A DNA stretch of 64,000 nucleotides from Bacillota bacterium (GTDB lineage Bacteria > Bacillota > Clostridia > Peptostreptococcales > Anaerovoracaceae): NCBI GenBank assembly GCA_030536355.1, contig JAUNQD010000002.1, positions 920-64,919 of the forward strand, given 5' to 3'. Below the pieces are notes generated by a model. It was not told the DNA's origin and did no database searches. It was given only the letters and a program-made list of their open reading frames with translations. Of the stretch, positions 18,819 through 28,060 are shown in pieces. The translations under genes and the position numbers were made by a program. Position 1 is the stretch's first letter, and the number at the start of each line of letters is the position of its first letter.

Positions 18819-21387
18819 GCTGCCTTTTTCTTATTGCCATGGCAGCAACCAGCACCAATATGGACAGTATAGAAATGATCATACCTGCTATAAGTCCCGG
18901 CGGTCTGAATGTAAGGCTTATATCGTGTTTACCTTCATCAAGCGGCACAGAAATGAACACGCCTCCTGTCAGTTCCTGTATTTCCTTCTGTCTTCCATCG
19001 ACTTCCAGCTTCCAGCCCTTGTCATAAGGTATGGAAGTCACCAGAACTCCGGATTCTTTGACATCTATGGTCCCTTCAAGATGGTTATCACTATGATCTG
19101 TCACCGTCAGCATATTATCTGCCAGCATTTCGTACGCCTTATCCCATGTGCCGTAGTCAAGGCTTCGAATGTGACATGTGATATCCCCCGCCTTGCCCTT
19201 AGGGTATTCGACGATGATTTTAAACTTCTGGCCTTTTTTCATGGTACCAAGGTTCACGATCGATCCGCAGTCGTTTCTTATGGATATATCATCAAGCTCA
19301 TCGCCATTGTTTGCTGTTATCGTACCTGCGTTTTGAGCTTCTATAAATACATAATATTTCTGTGTTTCTTCGGCAGTGTATTTCAGAACAACTTCAGCAG
19401 AACTTTTTTTATCCTGCACCCTTGCAGAGAACTTACCGTCTGCCACTGTTTTTATGACAGCGTTCTTGGCAGAAGTCTCAGGTGCTGCTGCGGATTCGAA
19501 AACGCCTTCGTATTTATTGGCTGTTGCCGCACGGACATAGTCGTCGAGAACTTCAAAAGGATTTTCGCTTTCGGTATTCCATGTCCTTATCTCATTGCCC
19601 GTCATATAGCCGATGGACAGAGGATACTTGCTTTCGTATAATCTCGAGTAGCCTGATCTTCTCACTTGAACAAAATCGCTGTCTTCAAGCTGTCTGTTCT
19701 TGGTTATGAGGTATCTTATATTCATCATGGCGTTGGATACGGGATCCTTCTGGTTGTAGTTGAACCTGTTCCTGCCGGGCGATCCATCCATACCGATCTT
19801 TTCCATGATCTCTGTAGTATCTGCATTTATGGATGAAGAGAACTGAGATATCCCTCTGTAATGATACATGGCAGGATTATTCAGTGTGTAGAGCTTATCC
19901 ATTTCAGCCCTGGCGAATTCTTCATTTGCCACTTCGACCAGATTCTTGACATCACTGCTGTTGGCAAAATATCCTTCTCTGTAGCTGTTGCCTATTCGGT
20001 CCATGGATGTGCATGCTCCTGTTGCCATTTCTGCCACGATGACAACCACGATAAGAAGCGAAACCGAAGAAGACATCAGCTGCCCTTTGCGTGATAAGAT
20101 CATGATGGCAGAATAAAGTATGAGCCATGCCAGACCTCCGTAGAAAAAGAGCTCTGTGCTGTAATTCTGATCTTCCATCAGTTTCTGAGTGATAAGATAA
20201 TATCCTATGCCTGCAGCCATAAGGGTCCACAGATGCTTTATCTTGAATTCATCCCTTCTCTGTATAGTTCTGTATGCAATACCTATGAGGATGAAACATA
20301 TCACGAAAGTATATCTGTATGGAAGCTGGTTAGGGAAGTGGAGTCCGTGCCATACGAAGTCCAGCTTATTGGTGTTGAGGCTGAAGAACATAAACAGTAA
20401 GAATCCGCCGTTGAGCAGTTTTTCTCTTAGTTCTATGTTCTCATTCACCACATAAAGCACCAGCATCATAACAACGATCATTCCGCAGTAAAGATTAGGA
20501 AGACCTTCTCTGAAAGTCAGTTCCGTATACGGAAGCAGTTGATTTATCACATCTAGCGCATCATTATATATATCCCAATCCTTCGGCATCTCCGATGAAA
20601 TATAGTAAGTGCTCTGCATACTGATATATGTAGGAAGCAGCATGACAGCGGCCATGGCTATCCCCAGGAATGAATAGCCCACGGCTTTTCCTGTAGTTAT
20701 CGCGCATTTTCTTATCCCGCCGTCTTTCACCTTGAGAAAGTACAGTACAGGATAGTAGAACATTATGAAGATGCATACCATTATTGCCATGTAGTAGTTG
20801 GAGAACACCACAAGTGCCAGGCTCACAACATACATGACAGCTCTGCCGTCATCGATCAGTCTGTTCAGCCCCAGTATACAAAGCGGTAGCAGCATGACAG
20901 CATCCATCCACATGATGCACCAATAGTAAGCCATAACGTATGAGCACAGTGCATAAAGAGTAGCAAATGCCACCGTTACCATGTTGCACTCTTTGCCAAG
21001 ATACTTAAGATAAATGGCCATGAAGCTTCCTGCAAGACCTATCTTGATAAGAAGTATAGCTGTGATCCCTTCCATTATGAGTTTCTTAGGGAAAAGTACC
21101 AGCAGCAGATTAAGAGGGCTTGCTCCGTAATATGCCATCAAGTTCCAGAAATTGCTGCCGCCCGCTCCATTCCATGTATAAAACAGGCTGCCGCCTTCCT
21201 GAAGCTTGTACTGAAGTTCTCCAAGGAAAGGCACATACTGATGATACATATCGATCACGGCTATCTGCGCATCTCCGAACGGATATATCCCGGTAACGGC
21301 AAAAGCCAGTACCACGAGCAGTACCGGCAGCATAAATGCGATAAATATCAATTTGTTGCTGATCAGAAATCCTTTTATCTTATTCAT
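18739..21387 (-). CDS. YfhO-family GT-C membrane glycosyltransferase
   Basis: YPFGD..IAVIDMYHQYVPF, AYYGASPLN, HGLHFPNQLPYRY, C-terminal SIPYDKGW; 882 aa polytopic. Confidence 0.88.
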   Translation of the reverse strand: MNKIKGFLISNKLIFIAFMLPVLLVVLAFAVTGIYPFGDAQIAVIDMYHQYVPFLGELQYKLQEGGSLFYTWNGAGGSNFWNLMAYYGASPLNLLLVLFPKKLIMEGITAILLIKIGLAGSFMAIYLKYLGKECNMVTVAFATLYALCSYVMAYYWCIMWMDAVMLLPLCILGLNRLIDDGRAVMYVVSLALVVFSNYYMAIMVCIFIMFYYPVLYFLKVKDGGIRKCAITTGKAVGYSFLGIAMAAVMLLPTYISMQSTYYISSEMPKDWDIYNDALDVINQLLPYTELTFREGLPNLYCGMIVVMMLVLYVVNENIELREKLLNGGFLLFMFFSLNTNKLDFVWHGLHFPNQLPYRYTFVICFILIGIAYRTIQRRDEFKIKHLWTLMAAGIGYYLITQKLMEDQNYSTELFFYGGLAWLILYSAIMILSRKGQLMSSSVSLLIVVVIVAEMATGACTSMDRIGNSYREGYFANSSDVKNLVEVANEEFARAEMDKLYTLNNPAMYHYRGISQFSSSINADTTEIMEKIGMDGSPGRNRFNYNQKDPVSNAMMNIRYLITKNRQLEDSDFVQVRRSGYSRLYESKYPLSIGYMTGNEIRTWNTESENPFEVLDDYVRAATANKYEGVFESAAAPETSAKNAVIKTVADGKFSARVQDKKSSAEVVLKYTAEETQKYYVFIEAQNAGTITANNGDELDDISIRNDCGSIVNLGTMKKGQKFKIIVEYPKGKAGDITCHIRSLDYGTWDKAYEMLADNMLTVTDHSDNHLEGTIDVKESGVLVTSIPYDKGWKLEVDGRQKEIQELTGGVFISVPLDEGKHDISLTFRPPGLIAGMIISILSILVLVAAMAIRKRQLMSAIELPGISEDQVSQQEEADCNKI

Positions 21388-22339
21388 CCAGATCGCTTTC
21401 CTTTTCTATATATATTGGTCTGCCCTTTGTTTCCATGTACATTCTGCCGATGTATTCTCCCATTATGCTTAAGACAGCAGTTACGAGTCCTCCGAAGAAG
21501 AGGATCAGGCAGATTATGGACGCATAACCGGGCACATCTTTACCGACGATCAGCGTCTTGAGGATCTCTATGATGAGATATATGGCAGAGCCCAATGTTG
21601 TAAGTCCTCCAAATACGCCTATCGCTTTGAGAGGTGATGCAGCGAAATCTATGAAGCCTGCGATGGCATATTTAGTGAGTCCCCATACGGACCACTTGCT
21701 CTCACCTGATATACGCTCAACGTTTTCGAATTCGATCCACTCTGTATGGAATCCCACCCATGCGAATATCCCCTTGGAGAAACGCTGGTTTTCAGGCATG
21801 CTTACTATTGCCTTTATCATCTTGCGATTCATGAGCCTGAAATCTACGGCACCATCTATTATCTCGATATCGCTGTAGCGGTTCATTATCTTATAAAATG
21901 CTCTGGCAAAGATGCTCCTTACTCTTGGTTCTCCTTTTCTTGTAACGCGTCTGGCCGCGCAGCTGTCACATCCGGTCTCCTCGATCTTTCTTATCATATC
22001 CTCGATAAGCTTAGGCGGATGCTGAAGGTCCGCATCTATGATCACAGCAAAATCGCTCGCGCGGTCATTGGCCGCTTTGAGGCCTGCGTACATCGCTGCC
22101 TCTTTACCGAAATTACGGCTGAATGAAATGTAATGCACGCAGTCGTTTTCTGCTGCGATCTCCTTGATATTGTCAAAGGAGCTGTCTTCACTTCCATCGT
22201 CTACAAATATATAGCTGAACTCGTAGCCTTCGATCCCGGAAACGACCGCCTGAACATCGTCAAAGAAAATATCTATATTTCTGCCTTCATTGTAACAAGG
22301 CACTATTATGTCGATCATTCTTGATTTCTTTTCTGACAT
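21380..22339 (-). CDS. GT2 polyprenol-phosphate glycosyltransferase (CsbB/GtrB-like)
   Basis: IVPCYNE, VDDGSED, SRNFGKEAA, DADLQHPP, two C-terminal TMs, GEYIGR. Confidence 0.92.
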   Translation of the reverse strand: MSEKKSRMIDIIVPCYNEGRNIDIFFDDVQAVVSGIEGYEFSYIFVDDGSEDSSFDNIKEIAAENDCVHYISFSRNFGKEAAMYAGLKAANDRASDFAVIIDADLQHPPKLIEDMIRKIEETGCDSCAARRVTRKGEPRVRSIFARAFYKIMNRYSDIEIIDGAVDFRLMNRKMIKAIVSMPENQRFSKGIFAWVGFHTEWIEFENVERISGESKWSVWGLTKYAIAGFIDFAASPLKAIGVFGGLTTLGSAIYLIIEILKTLIVGKDVPGYASIICLILFFGGLVTAVLSIMGEYIGRMYMETKGRPIYIEKESDLDE

Positions 22340-22342
22340 ACG

Positions 22343-23398
22343 TTATTCCTCTTTTATATCCATACCGTCAGTTTGCACCAGATCACCATTATTGTCAATA
22401 AATGCAGCTTCGATACCTCTATCCGGATAGTTTGTCTGCAGCTGTCTGATAAACTCTATTGCCTTGTCTTTTCCCAAGATCAAGCATGCAGTAGAAACAG
22501 CATCACAAAAACCCGAATTGCCTTTTTTCGCGATTATTGTCACTGCTTCAAGGTCTGTCTCTGCGGGATATCCTGTTTCAGGGTCCAGGATGTGATGATA
22601 TATCTTACCGTCTTCTTCGAAGTTTCTCTCATAGATCCCTGAAGTTACTACTGTAGCATCTGTCACTTCAACTGTACCGATCAGTTCCTTCCTGTCCGTG
22701 AAAGGTCTTTCTATTCCAACGGTCCAAGGAGTATCTTCATCCTTTTCACCTATCACTACCACATTGCCGCCCAGATTCACAACTGCACTCATGATACCTT
22801 TTTCTTCAAGAAAAGCAGCTGTTTTATCTGCTATATAGCCTTTAGCTACACCGCCAAGGTCTATCTCAGCTTCAGGATCTGAAACAAGGACTCTACCTCC
22901 GCCTGTAGTTATCCTCTTGTAATCCACATGTCTGAGCGCATCACTGATATCTTCGCCGGCAGGGACTTGCGGAGCCTCACTCTTGAAATCCCACAGATCC
23001 GTCACCTTGCCTATTGTGATATCAAAGACCCCTCCTGATTCATAGGCGATCATATTTGCCATTCTTATAACTTCTATAGTTTCATCGGAAACTTCTGTCC
23101 ACTGTCCCTCGGATGAGTTTATTTCAGCCACGTCACTGGTGCTTATGGTCTTGCTCAGCATCCTTTCATAATCACGCATAAGGGCAAATGAATCCTCGAT
23201 GATCTGCTCTGCATCTGCCTTTTTCATATCATCATATATAGTTATAGTGCAGCTTGTGTCCAGGCAAAAGTCTGTTTTTGATACCGGAGCCTCGCCACCG
23301 CATGCAGTATGTGTTATAATGATAAAAGCCGCTAGAGCTGTTATGAAACACGATCTTATAAATCTATTATTTAGGTTGTTTTTTCTATCAGTTTTCAA
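22343..23398 (-). CDS. apbE: FAD:protein FMN transferase (lipoprotein)
   Basis: Lipobox-like HTAC, FDITIG, DLGGVAKGY, VNLGGN, TSGIYER, HHILDP, DAVST. Confidence 0.92.
   Translation of the reverse strand: MKTDRKNNLNNRFIRSCFITALAAFIIITHTACGGEAPVSKTDFCLDTSCTITIYDDMKKADAEQIIEDSFALMRDYERMLSKTISTSDVAEINSSEGQWTEVSDETIEVIRMANMIAYESGGVFDITIGKVTDLWDFKSEAPQVPAGEDISDALRHVDYKRITTGGGRVLVSDPEAEIDLGGVAKGYIADKTAAFLEEKGIMSAVVNLGGNVVVIGEKDEDTPWTVGIERPFTDRKELIGTVEVTDATVVTSGIYERNFEEDGKIYHHILDPETGYPAETDLEAVTIIAKKGNSGFCDAVSTACLILGKDKAIEFIRQLQTNYPDRGIEAAFIDNNGDLVQTDGMDIKEE
23312..23320 (+). promoter_or_regulatory. Candidate extended -10 promoter for NusG-II gene, inside apbE
   Basis: TGtTATAAT, ~107 nt upstream of the NusG-II start. 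Confidence 0.4.
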
Positions 23399-23427
23399 TT
23401 CGTATACCCCCGGAGGTCAAAGTCCAA

Positions 23428-23790
23428 ATGATCAAAAAAGCGGATATAATACTGGCTGCCGCATTGATAATAGTCGGCCTTGCCATGTCATACATCCTAT
23501 CGTTCGGCCAAACTGCCGGCAGCGAGCTTATCATCTCCTGTAACGGTGAAAAGTTCGCTTCCTACTCTCTTGACGAAAACAGGGAAATCGTCATTGACCG
23601 TAACGACCATATAAATAAGGTTACCATAAATAATGGTGTTGTTTCAATGAGTTTTTCTGATTGCCACGGTCAGGACTGCATCCATCAGGGCGAGATCAGC
23701 AAATCAGGTGAAACCATAATCTGCCTGCCCAATAAAGTGGTCCTTGAAATCGAAGGCGAAGATGCCGAATACGATACGCTATCAAAATGA
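23428..23790 (+). CDS. NusG domain II-containing exported protein
   Basis: KKADII + TM, CHGQDCIHQG, IICLPNKVV. Confidence 0.88.
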   Translation: MIKKADIILAAALIIVGLAMSYILSFGQTAGSELIISCNGEKFASYSLDENREIVIDRNDHINKVTINNGVVSMSFSDCHGQDCIHQGEISKSGETIICLPNKVVLEIEGEDAEYDTLSK

Positions 23791-23808
23791 TCTCGACCAT
23801 CTTTTCCC

Positions 23809-23853
23809 GTTTTATGTATATATCCTTTGTTTCATCGAAAATATACATAAAAC
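23809..23853. repeat. Inverted-repeat element copy 1
   Basis: GTTTTATGTATAT-N19-ATATACATAAAAC. Confidence 0.8.
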
Positions 23854-23870
23854 TATTTTCTATAGTAAGC

Positions 23871-23907
23871 AAAACTCCCTATATTTTTAAATTATAGGGA
23901 GTTTTTT
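23871..23907. terminator. Bidirectional intrinsic terminator
   Basis: AAAACTCCCTATA/TATAGGGAGTTTT stem between convergent genes. Confidence 0.8.
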
Positions 23908-23953
23908 GTGAATATTATTGATTTTTCCTCAATTTTTTACTCTATGTGTTTGC

Positions 23954-23997
23954 AATTTATGTATATCGGTCTTCATCGTTACCTGATATACATAATT
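23954..23997. repeat. Inverted-repeat element copy 2
   Basis: TTATGTATAT-N19-ATATACATAA, same arms and span as copy 1. Confidence 0.8.
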
Positions 23998-24014
23998 CCT
24001 TATTTTATTCCATT

Positions 24015-25571
24015 CTAAACTCCCATATTGATTATTCTATCACTGATATGATTCACCATCGGCAGATCGTGAGCGATAAAAAGTATCGCCATATCGTTTT
24101 CTTTCGACAGCTTCTTGAAGAGATGAACTATCTGAGCCTGGGTCGATACGTCAAGACCGGTAAGCGGCTCGTCGGCTATTATAATGTCAGGTCGTGTTAT
24201 GATCGCTCTTGCTATGGCCACCCTCTGTCTCTGTCCGCCGGAAAGTTCATATGGTTTTCGCTCCGCGAAGCTTTCATCCAGCTCCACCTGATGCAAAGCA
24301 CACGTAACGGCTTCTCTGAGATTTTCTTTGCTTCGCAATTCGCGTGCTTCTCCGCGGCTCGCTTTATTATTGACAATTATCAGTGGCTCCGCGATTATCT
24401 CGCCTACAGTCATCCTGTCATTGAACGCGGCGCCTGTATCCTGGAATATCATCCGGATCTTTGTACCGGCTGCAATATTAATGACATCGGTTCCCCTTGT
24501 CGTTCTCTTCTCCTCGAATTTCTCAAGCCCCATTATACACCTTGCCAGTGTCGATTTGCCGCATCCTGATCTTCCCACAAGACCAACTATCTCACCTCTG
24601 TATATATCCATACTGAAATCCTTCAGCACGTGATTTACCGTCTTCTTATCTATCGCATAGCGAACATTGAGGTTCTCCACTGATATCAACGGCAGCTCGT
24701 GCACCCGTTTATCTTCCGATGTCATATCAGATGATGTGGTATCATGATTTCCGTAACCATTTCCTCTGTGATGATGCCCACGATTCTTTTTATAATCAAG
24801 ATATCCCAGAAGCTTTCTCGTATACTCGTGTTTAGGTGATTTGAACACCTCTGCAACGATGCCTTCTTCCACCAGCTTTCCATCTTTCATTATTGCCACC
24901 CTATCTGCCACATCTTCTACGATGCTGAGATCATGGGTGATAAAAAGCACGGCAACACCGGTCTTTTCCTGCACATCTTTAAGCAGGTGTATGATCTCTT
25001 CCTGAGTCTCTTCATCAAGGGCCGTAGTAGGTTCATCTGCCAGTAAGATCTTTGGCTCTGCCGCAAGAGCGATGGCGATAACTATTCTCTGACGCATACC
25101 TCCGGAAAATTGATATGGTCTCTGCCCATATCTCTTATCAGCCTCCGGTATCTTCACAAGCTCCATCAATTCGATGGCGCGCGCCTTTGCATCTGCCTTA
25201 CCGAGCCCTTTATGGACGCGAAGGACTTCGGCTATCTGCTCTCCCACGCTGAATGCCGGATCCAGGCTTGTCATCGGATCCTGAAACACCATGGTGATCT
25301 CTCCGCCGCGGCGTGTCTGCATTTCTTCTTCTGTAAGAGGAATCAGATCTTCCTCATCAAGCAATATTTCACCCTGCTTTATTCTTCCCCTTTCGCAGAG
25401 GATCTTGAGCATGCTTTTGCAAAGCACAGTTTTGCCGCAGCCAGACTCTCCCACCAATGCAAGAGTCTGCCCTTTATCTAAACTAAGGCTAACGCCTTTG
25501 ACTGCCGTCAGTTCACCTGCAGGGTTTTCGAAGGATACTATTAAGTTGTTGATCTTAAGCAACTCGCTCAT
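24015..25571 (-). CDS. Fused double ABC ATPase (Opp/Nik D+E type)
   Basis: GESGCGKT, FSGGMRQR, GRSGCGKST, LSGGQRQR; His-rich inter-domain linker. Confidence 0.92.
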   Translation of the reverse strand: MSELLKINNLIVSFENPAGELTAVKGVSLSLDKGQTLALVGESGCGKTVLCKSMLKILCERGRIKQGEILLDEEDLIPLTEEEMQTRRGGEITMVFQDPMTSLDPAFSVGEQIAEVLRVHKGLGKADAKARAIELMELVKIPEADKRYGQRPYQFSGGMRQRIVIAIALAAEPKILLADEPTTALDEETQEEIIHLLKDVQEKTGVAVLFITHDLSIVEDVADRVAIMKDGKLVEEGIVAEVFKSPKHEYTRKLLGYLDYKKNRGHHHRGNGYGNHDTTSSDMTSEDKRVHELPLISVENLNVRYAIDKKTVNHVLKDFSMDIYRGEIVGLVGRSGCGKSTLARCIMGLEKFEEKRTTRGTDVINIAAGTKIRMIFQDTGAAFNDRMTVGEIIAEPLIIVNNKASRGEARELRSKENLREAVTCALHQVELDESFAERKPYELSGGQRQRVAIARAIITRPDIIIADEPLTGLDVSTQAQIVHLFKKLSKENDMAILFIAHDLPMVNHISDRIINMGV

Positions 25572-25597
25572 TTGTCAACTCCGTTTATCGATATAAC

Positions 25598-27148
25598 TTA
25601 CTCTGTTATGGCCCATTCATGGATATTCCAGAAGATCCCCACACCGTGATGGCCGAGAACGGTGTCTTCTGTTATTCCTTTGATGTTTGATGTACCGGCA
25701 TAGATGGCATCGATGTATGCGATGAATGTATATGCAGGATCAGCCGCCAGTTCTTCCTGGAATCGATCATAAAGATCACTTCTAGTCCCTGCATCTTCGA
25801 TCTGTCTTGCTTCCATCAGCAGCCTGTCCACTTCACTGTTAGAATAACTGTTATAGTTGGCGCCCTTATCTGTGCCGAATACTTTGTATGTGTGATCGTC
25901 AGGATCGAACGGGCTTCCCCAGCCGATGAGGTATGCATCCTGTCCTGCCCAGTCCACTTCGGCAGGAACTTCCACCTTCACGTCCGCTCCCATATCATTG
26001 AGATTCTGAGCGCAGATATTCGCCATATCTATCCTCACCTGATCGCCTTGGGCGCAGTTGATGGTAAAGCTTAGAGTCTGTGTGCCCTTTTTATATATAC
26101 CATCAGCATTCTTCTTCCAGCCTTCCGCTTCAAGAAGGGCTTGAGCTTTAGCGGGATCATACTCATACTTCTCTATGTTTTCATTATTATACGATCCTGC
26201 CTGAAGCGGGGAATAAGCCGCCTTCCCATGTCCCAAAAGCACACTGTCTATTATAGCCTCTCTATCGATGGCATAACTCAGGATAGCGGGAAGTTCTCTA
26301 TGTTCTTTGAAAAGCTTGCTGTTGAAATTATACATGATGCCTCTGTAATCCGAGGTTGCCATGGAATATACGCCGAACCCTTCTTTTCCTGCAAACTTTT
26401 TCTCTGCCTTCGGCGTGATCTGTGCAAAGTTCAATTCTTCCGATTCAAGCTGCAGCGCTCTGGCATCAGTGTCTTCTACGATCTTGAAAATGACCGCATC
26501 GATATTAGGCGATCCCTGATAGTAATTGTCGAATTTCTCCATGGAGATCGCCTGCCCCATATCCCAGCTGACCAGCTTATACGGTCCTGCGCCTACAGGG
26601 TTCTGGTTGAAGTCGGATGTTGTCATGTCCTGCCCTTTCAAGATATGCTTTGGCAGTATCCCTATCGTAAGATAATCCGGCATAGCAACGTTAGGTGCAG
26701 TAAGGACTATATCAACGTGTGTATCATCTATGACTTTGACTTCTTTCACATCTTCGAAGTTGGATGCATTCTCCGACCCATTGGCAGGATCTTTTATCGC
26801 TTCGATAGTGAACTTAACATCTTCTGCAGTAAGCGGTTCTCCGTCATGGAATGTCAGTCCCTCTCTTAATGTGAAACTGTATGTATTGGTGCTTTCATCA
26901 AAATACCAGCTTTCGGCAAGTCCCGGAACCACATTGTTTTCTCCGTCATGAGCAGTAAGCCCGGCGAAAAGCAGCAGGTTTATCTCCCCATGCTCATAGA
27001 GTGCCGGATTGATGGCAGTGTAATCGGAACTGCCGTAAACCAGAGTATCGCTGTCATATACTGGTTTAGCTTTTCCGCAGCCTGTAAGCGATACCGTTGT
27101 GATCATTATGATCATCAGCACCATCGCCAAGAGTTTTTTGTTTTTCAT
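25598..27148 (-). CDS. Family 5 ABC substrate-binding lipoprotein (Nik/Opp-like)
   Basis: Lipobox LTGC, PGLAESW, FHDGEPLTAEDVKFT, NPVGAGPYK. Confidence 0.92.
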   Translation of the reverse strand: MKNKKLLAMVLMIIMITTVSLTGCGKAKPVYDSDTLVYGSSDYTAINPALYEHGEINLLLFAGLTAHDGENNVVPGLAESWYFDESTNTYSFTLREGLTFHDGEPLTAEDVKFTIEAIKDPANGSENASNFEDVKEVKVIDDTHVDIVLTAPNVAMPDYLTIGILPKHILKGQDMTTSDFNQNPVGAGPYKLVSWDMGQAISMEKFDNYYQGSPNIDAVIFKIVEDTDARALQLESEELNFAQITPKAEKKFAGKEGFGVYSMATSDYRGIMYNFNSKLFKEHRELPAILSYAIDREAIIDSVLLGHGKAAYSPLQAGSYNNENIEKYEYDPAKAQALLEAEGWKKNADGIYKKGTQTLSFTINCAQGDQVRIDMANICAQNLNDMGADVKVEVPAEVDWAGQDAYLIGWGSPFDPDDHTYKVFGTDKGANYNSYSNSEVDRLLMEARQIEDAGTRSDLYDRFQEELAADPAYTFIAYIDAIYAGTSNIKGITEDTVLGHHGVGIFWNIHEWAITE

Positions 27149-27157
27149 TTTTCCTCC

Positions 27158-28060
27158 TTACATGTGCCTTTCTCGTCTGTTTCGCACTCTCAGATACTCT
27201 CCGATATCTGTTATACAGATAAGAGTTGCTACCAGAAATACCCCCGGAATAATAAGCATCCACCAGGCTCCCGTGAGCATTGCCCTTTGGGAAAGAGACA
27301 TGAGGCTTCCCCAGGATATTATATCTGTCGGAAGGCCAAGACCCATGAAGCTAAGGGTTGCTTCCATAGCGATGGCACTTCCTATGTTTGTTACTATCAT
27401 GAACATGATGGCTGACATGAAATTAGGCATCAGGTGCTTCCTCAAGATGTATAAAAAGCTTGCACCCATAGTCTTTGCCGCCAGCACGAACCCCGCATTT
27501 CTAAGCTGCTTGACTTCACTTCTGACCATCTTAGCTACAGCCATCCAGCCGGTGATGCCGATGACTACAGATATGGATAACACTGTAGCATCTCCCCAGA
27601 TGGCCTGGATAAAGATGACCATCAGTATCTGTGGGATGCTCAAGAGGATTTCTGTGAATCTCATCATGAGATCATCCGCCTTGTTTGATGCCAGCCCTGC
27701 AGCCGTTCCGTATACGACTGCTATTATGGTCGATATCAGCGTTGCAAGAAGGCCTACTGCTATCGATATCCTACCGCCGTGCCATATGACTGAGAATAAA
27801 TCTCTGCCCAAGGTATCTGTCCCGAATATATGGCTTGCTGATGGTGCCTGACCGATCTGATCCAGCATCATCCTGCCCGGATCATACGGTATGAAAAGTT
27901 CACATATAAGACAGCCTGCTATTATCACGGTCAGGATCGAGATAGATACTACAGGAGGCTTCTCGTGAGATCGCAGAAGTCGATTCTTGTATTCTGCTGA
28001 TTTTCGAAATCTGCCGCCAGGAAATGAGTTGGCAGCCCTCTTCATTATTCTTTCTTTCAT
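27158..28060 (-). CDS. ABC permease (OppC/NikC-like)
   Basis: HIFGTDTLGRDLF, EAA-like AAKTMGAS, HLMPN, LSFMGLG. Confidence 0.92.
   Translation of the reverse strand: MKERIMKRAANSFPGGRFRKSAEYKNRLLRSHEKPPVVSISILTVIIAGCLICELFIPYDPGRMMLDQIGQAPSASHIFGTDTLGRDLFSVIWHGGRISIAVGLLATLISTIIAVVYGTAAGLASNKADDLMMRFTEILLSIPQILMVIFIQAIWGDATVLSISVVIGITGWMAVAKMVRSEVKQLRNAGFVLAAKTMGASFLYILRKHLMPNFMSAIMFMIVTNIGSAIAMEATLSFMGLGLPTDIISWGSLMSLSQRAMLTGAWWMLIIPGVFLVATLICITDIGEYLRVRNRRERHM

Noticed and set aside
23809-23997. CRISPR array interpretation of the twin palindromes
   Set aside because: Only two units, cores differ, the 100-bp gap holds a terminator, and no cas genes are present.
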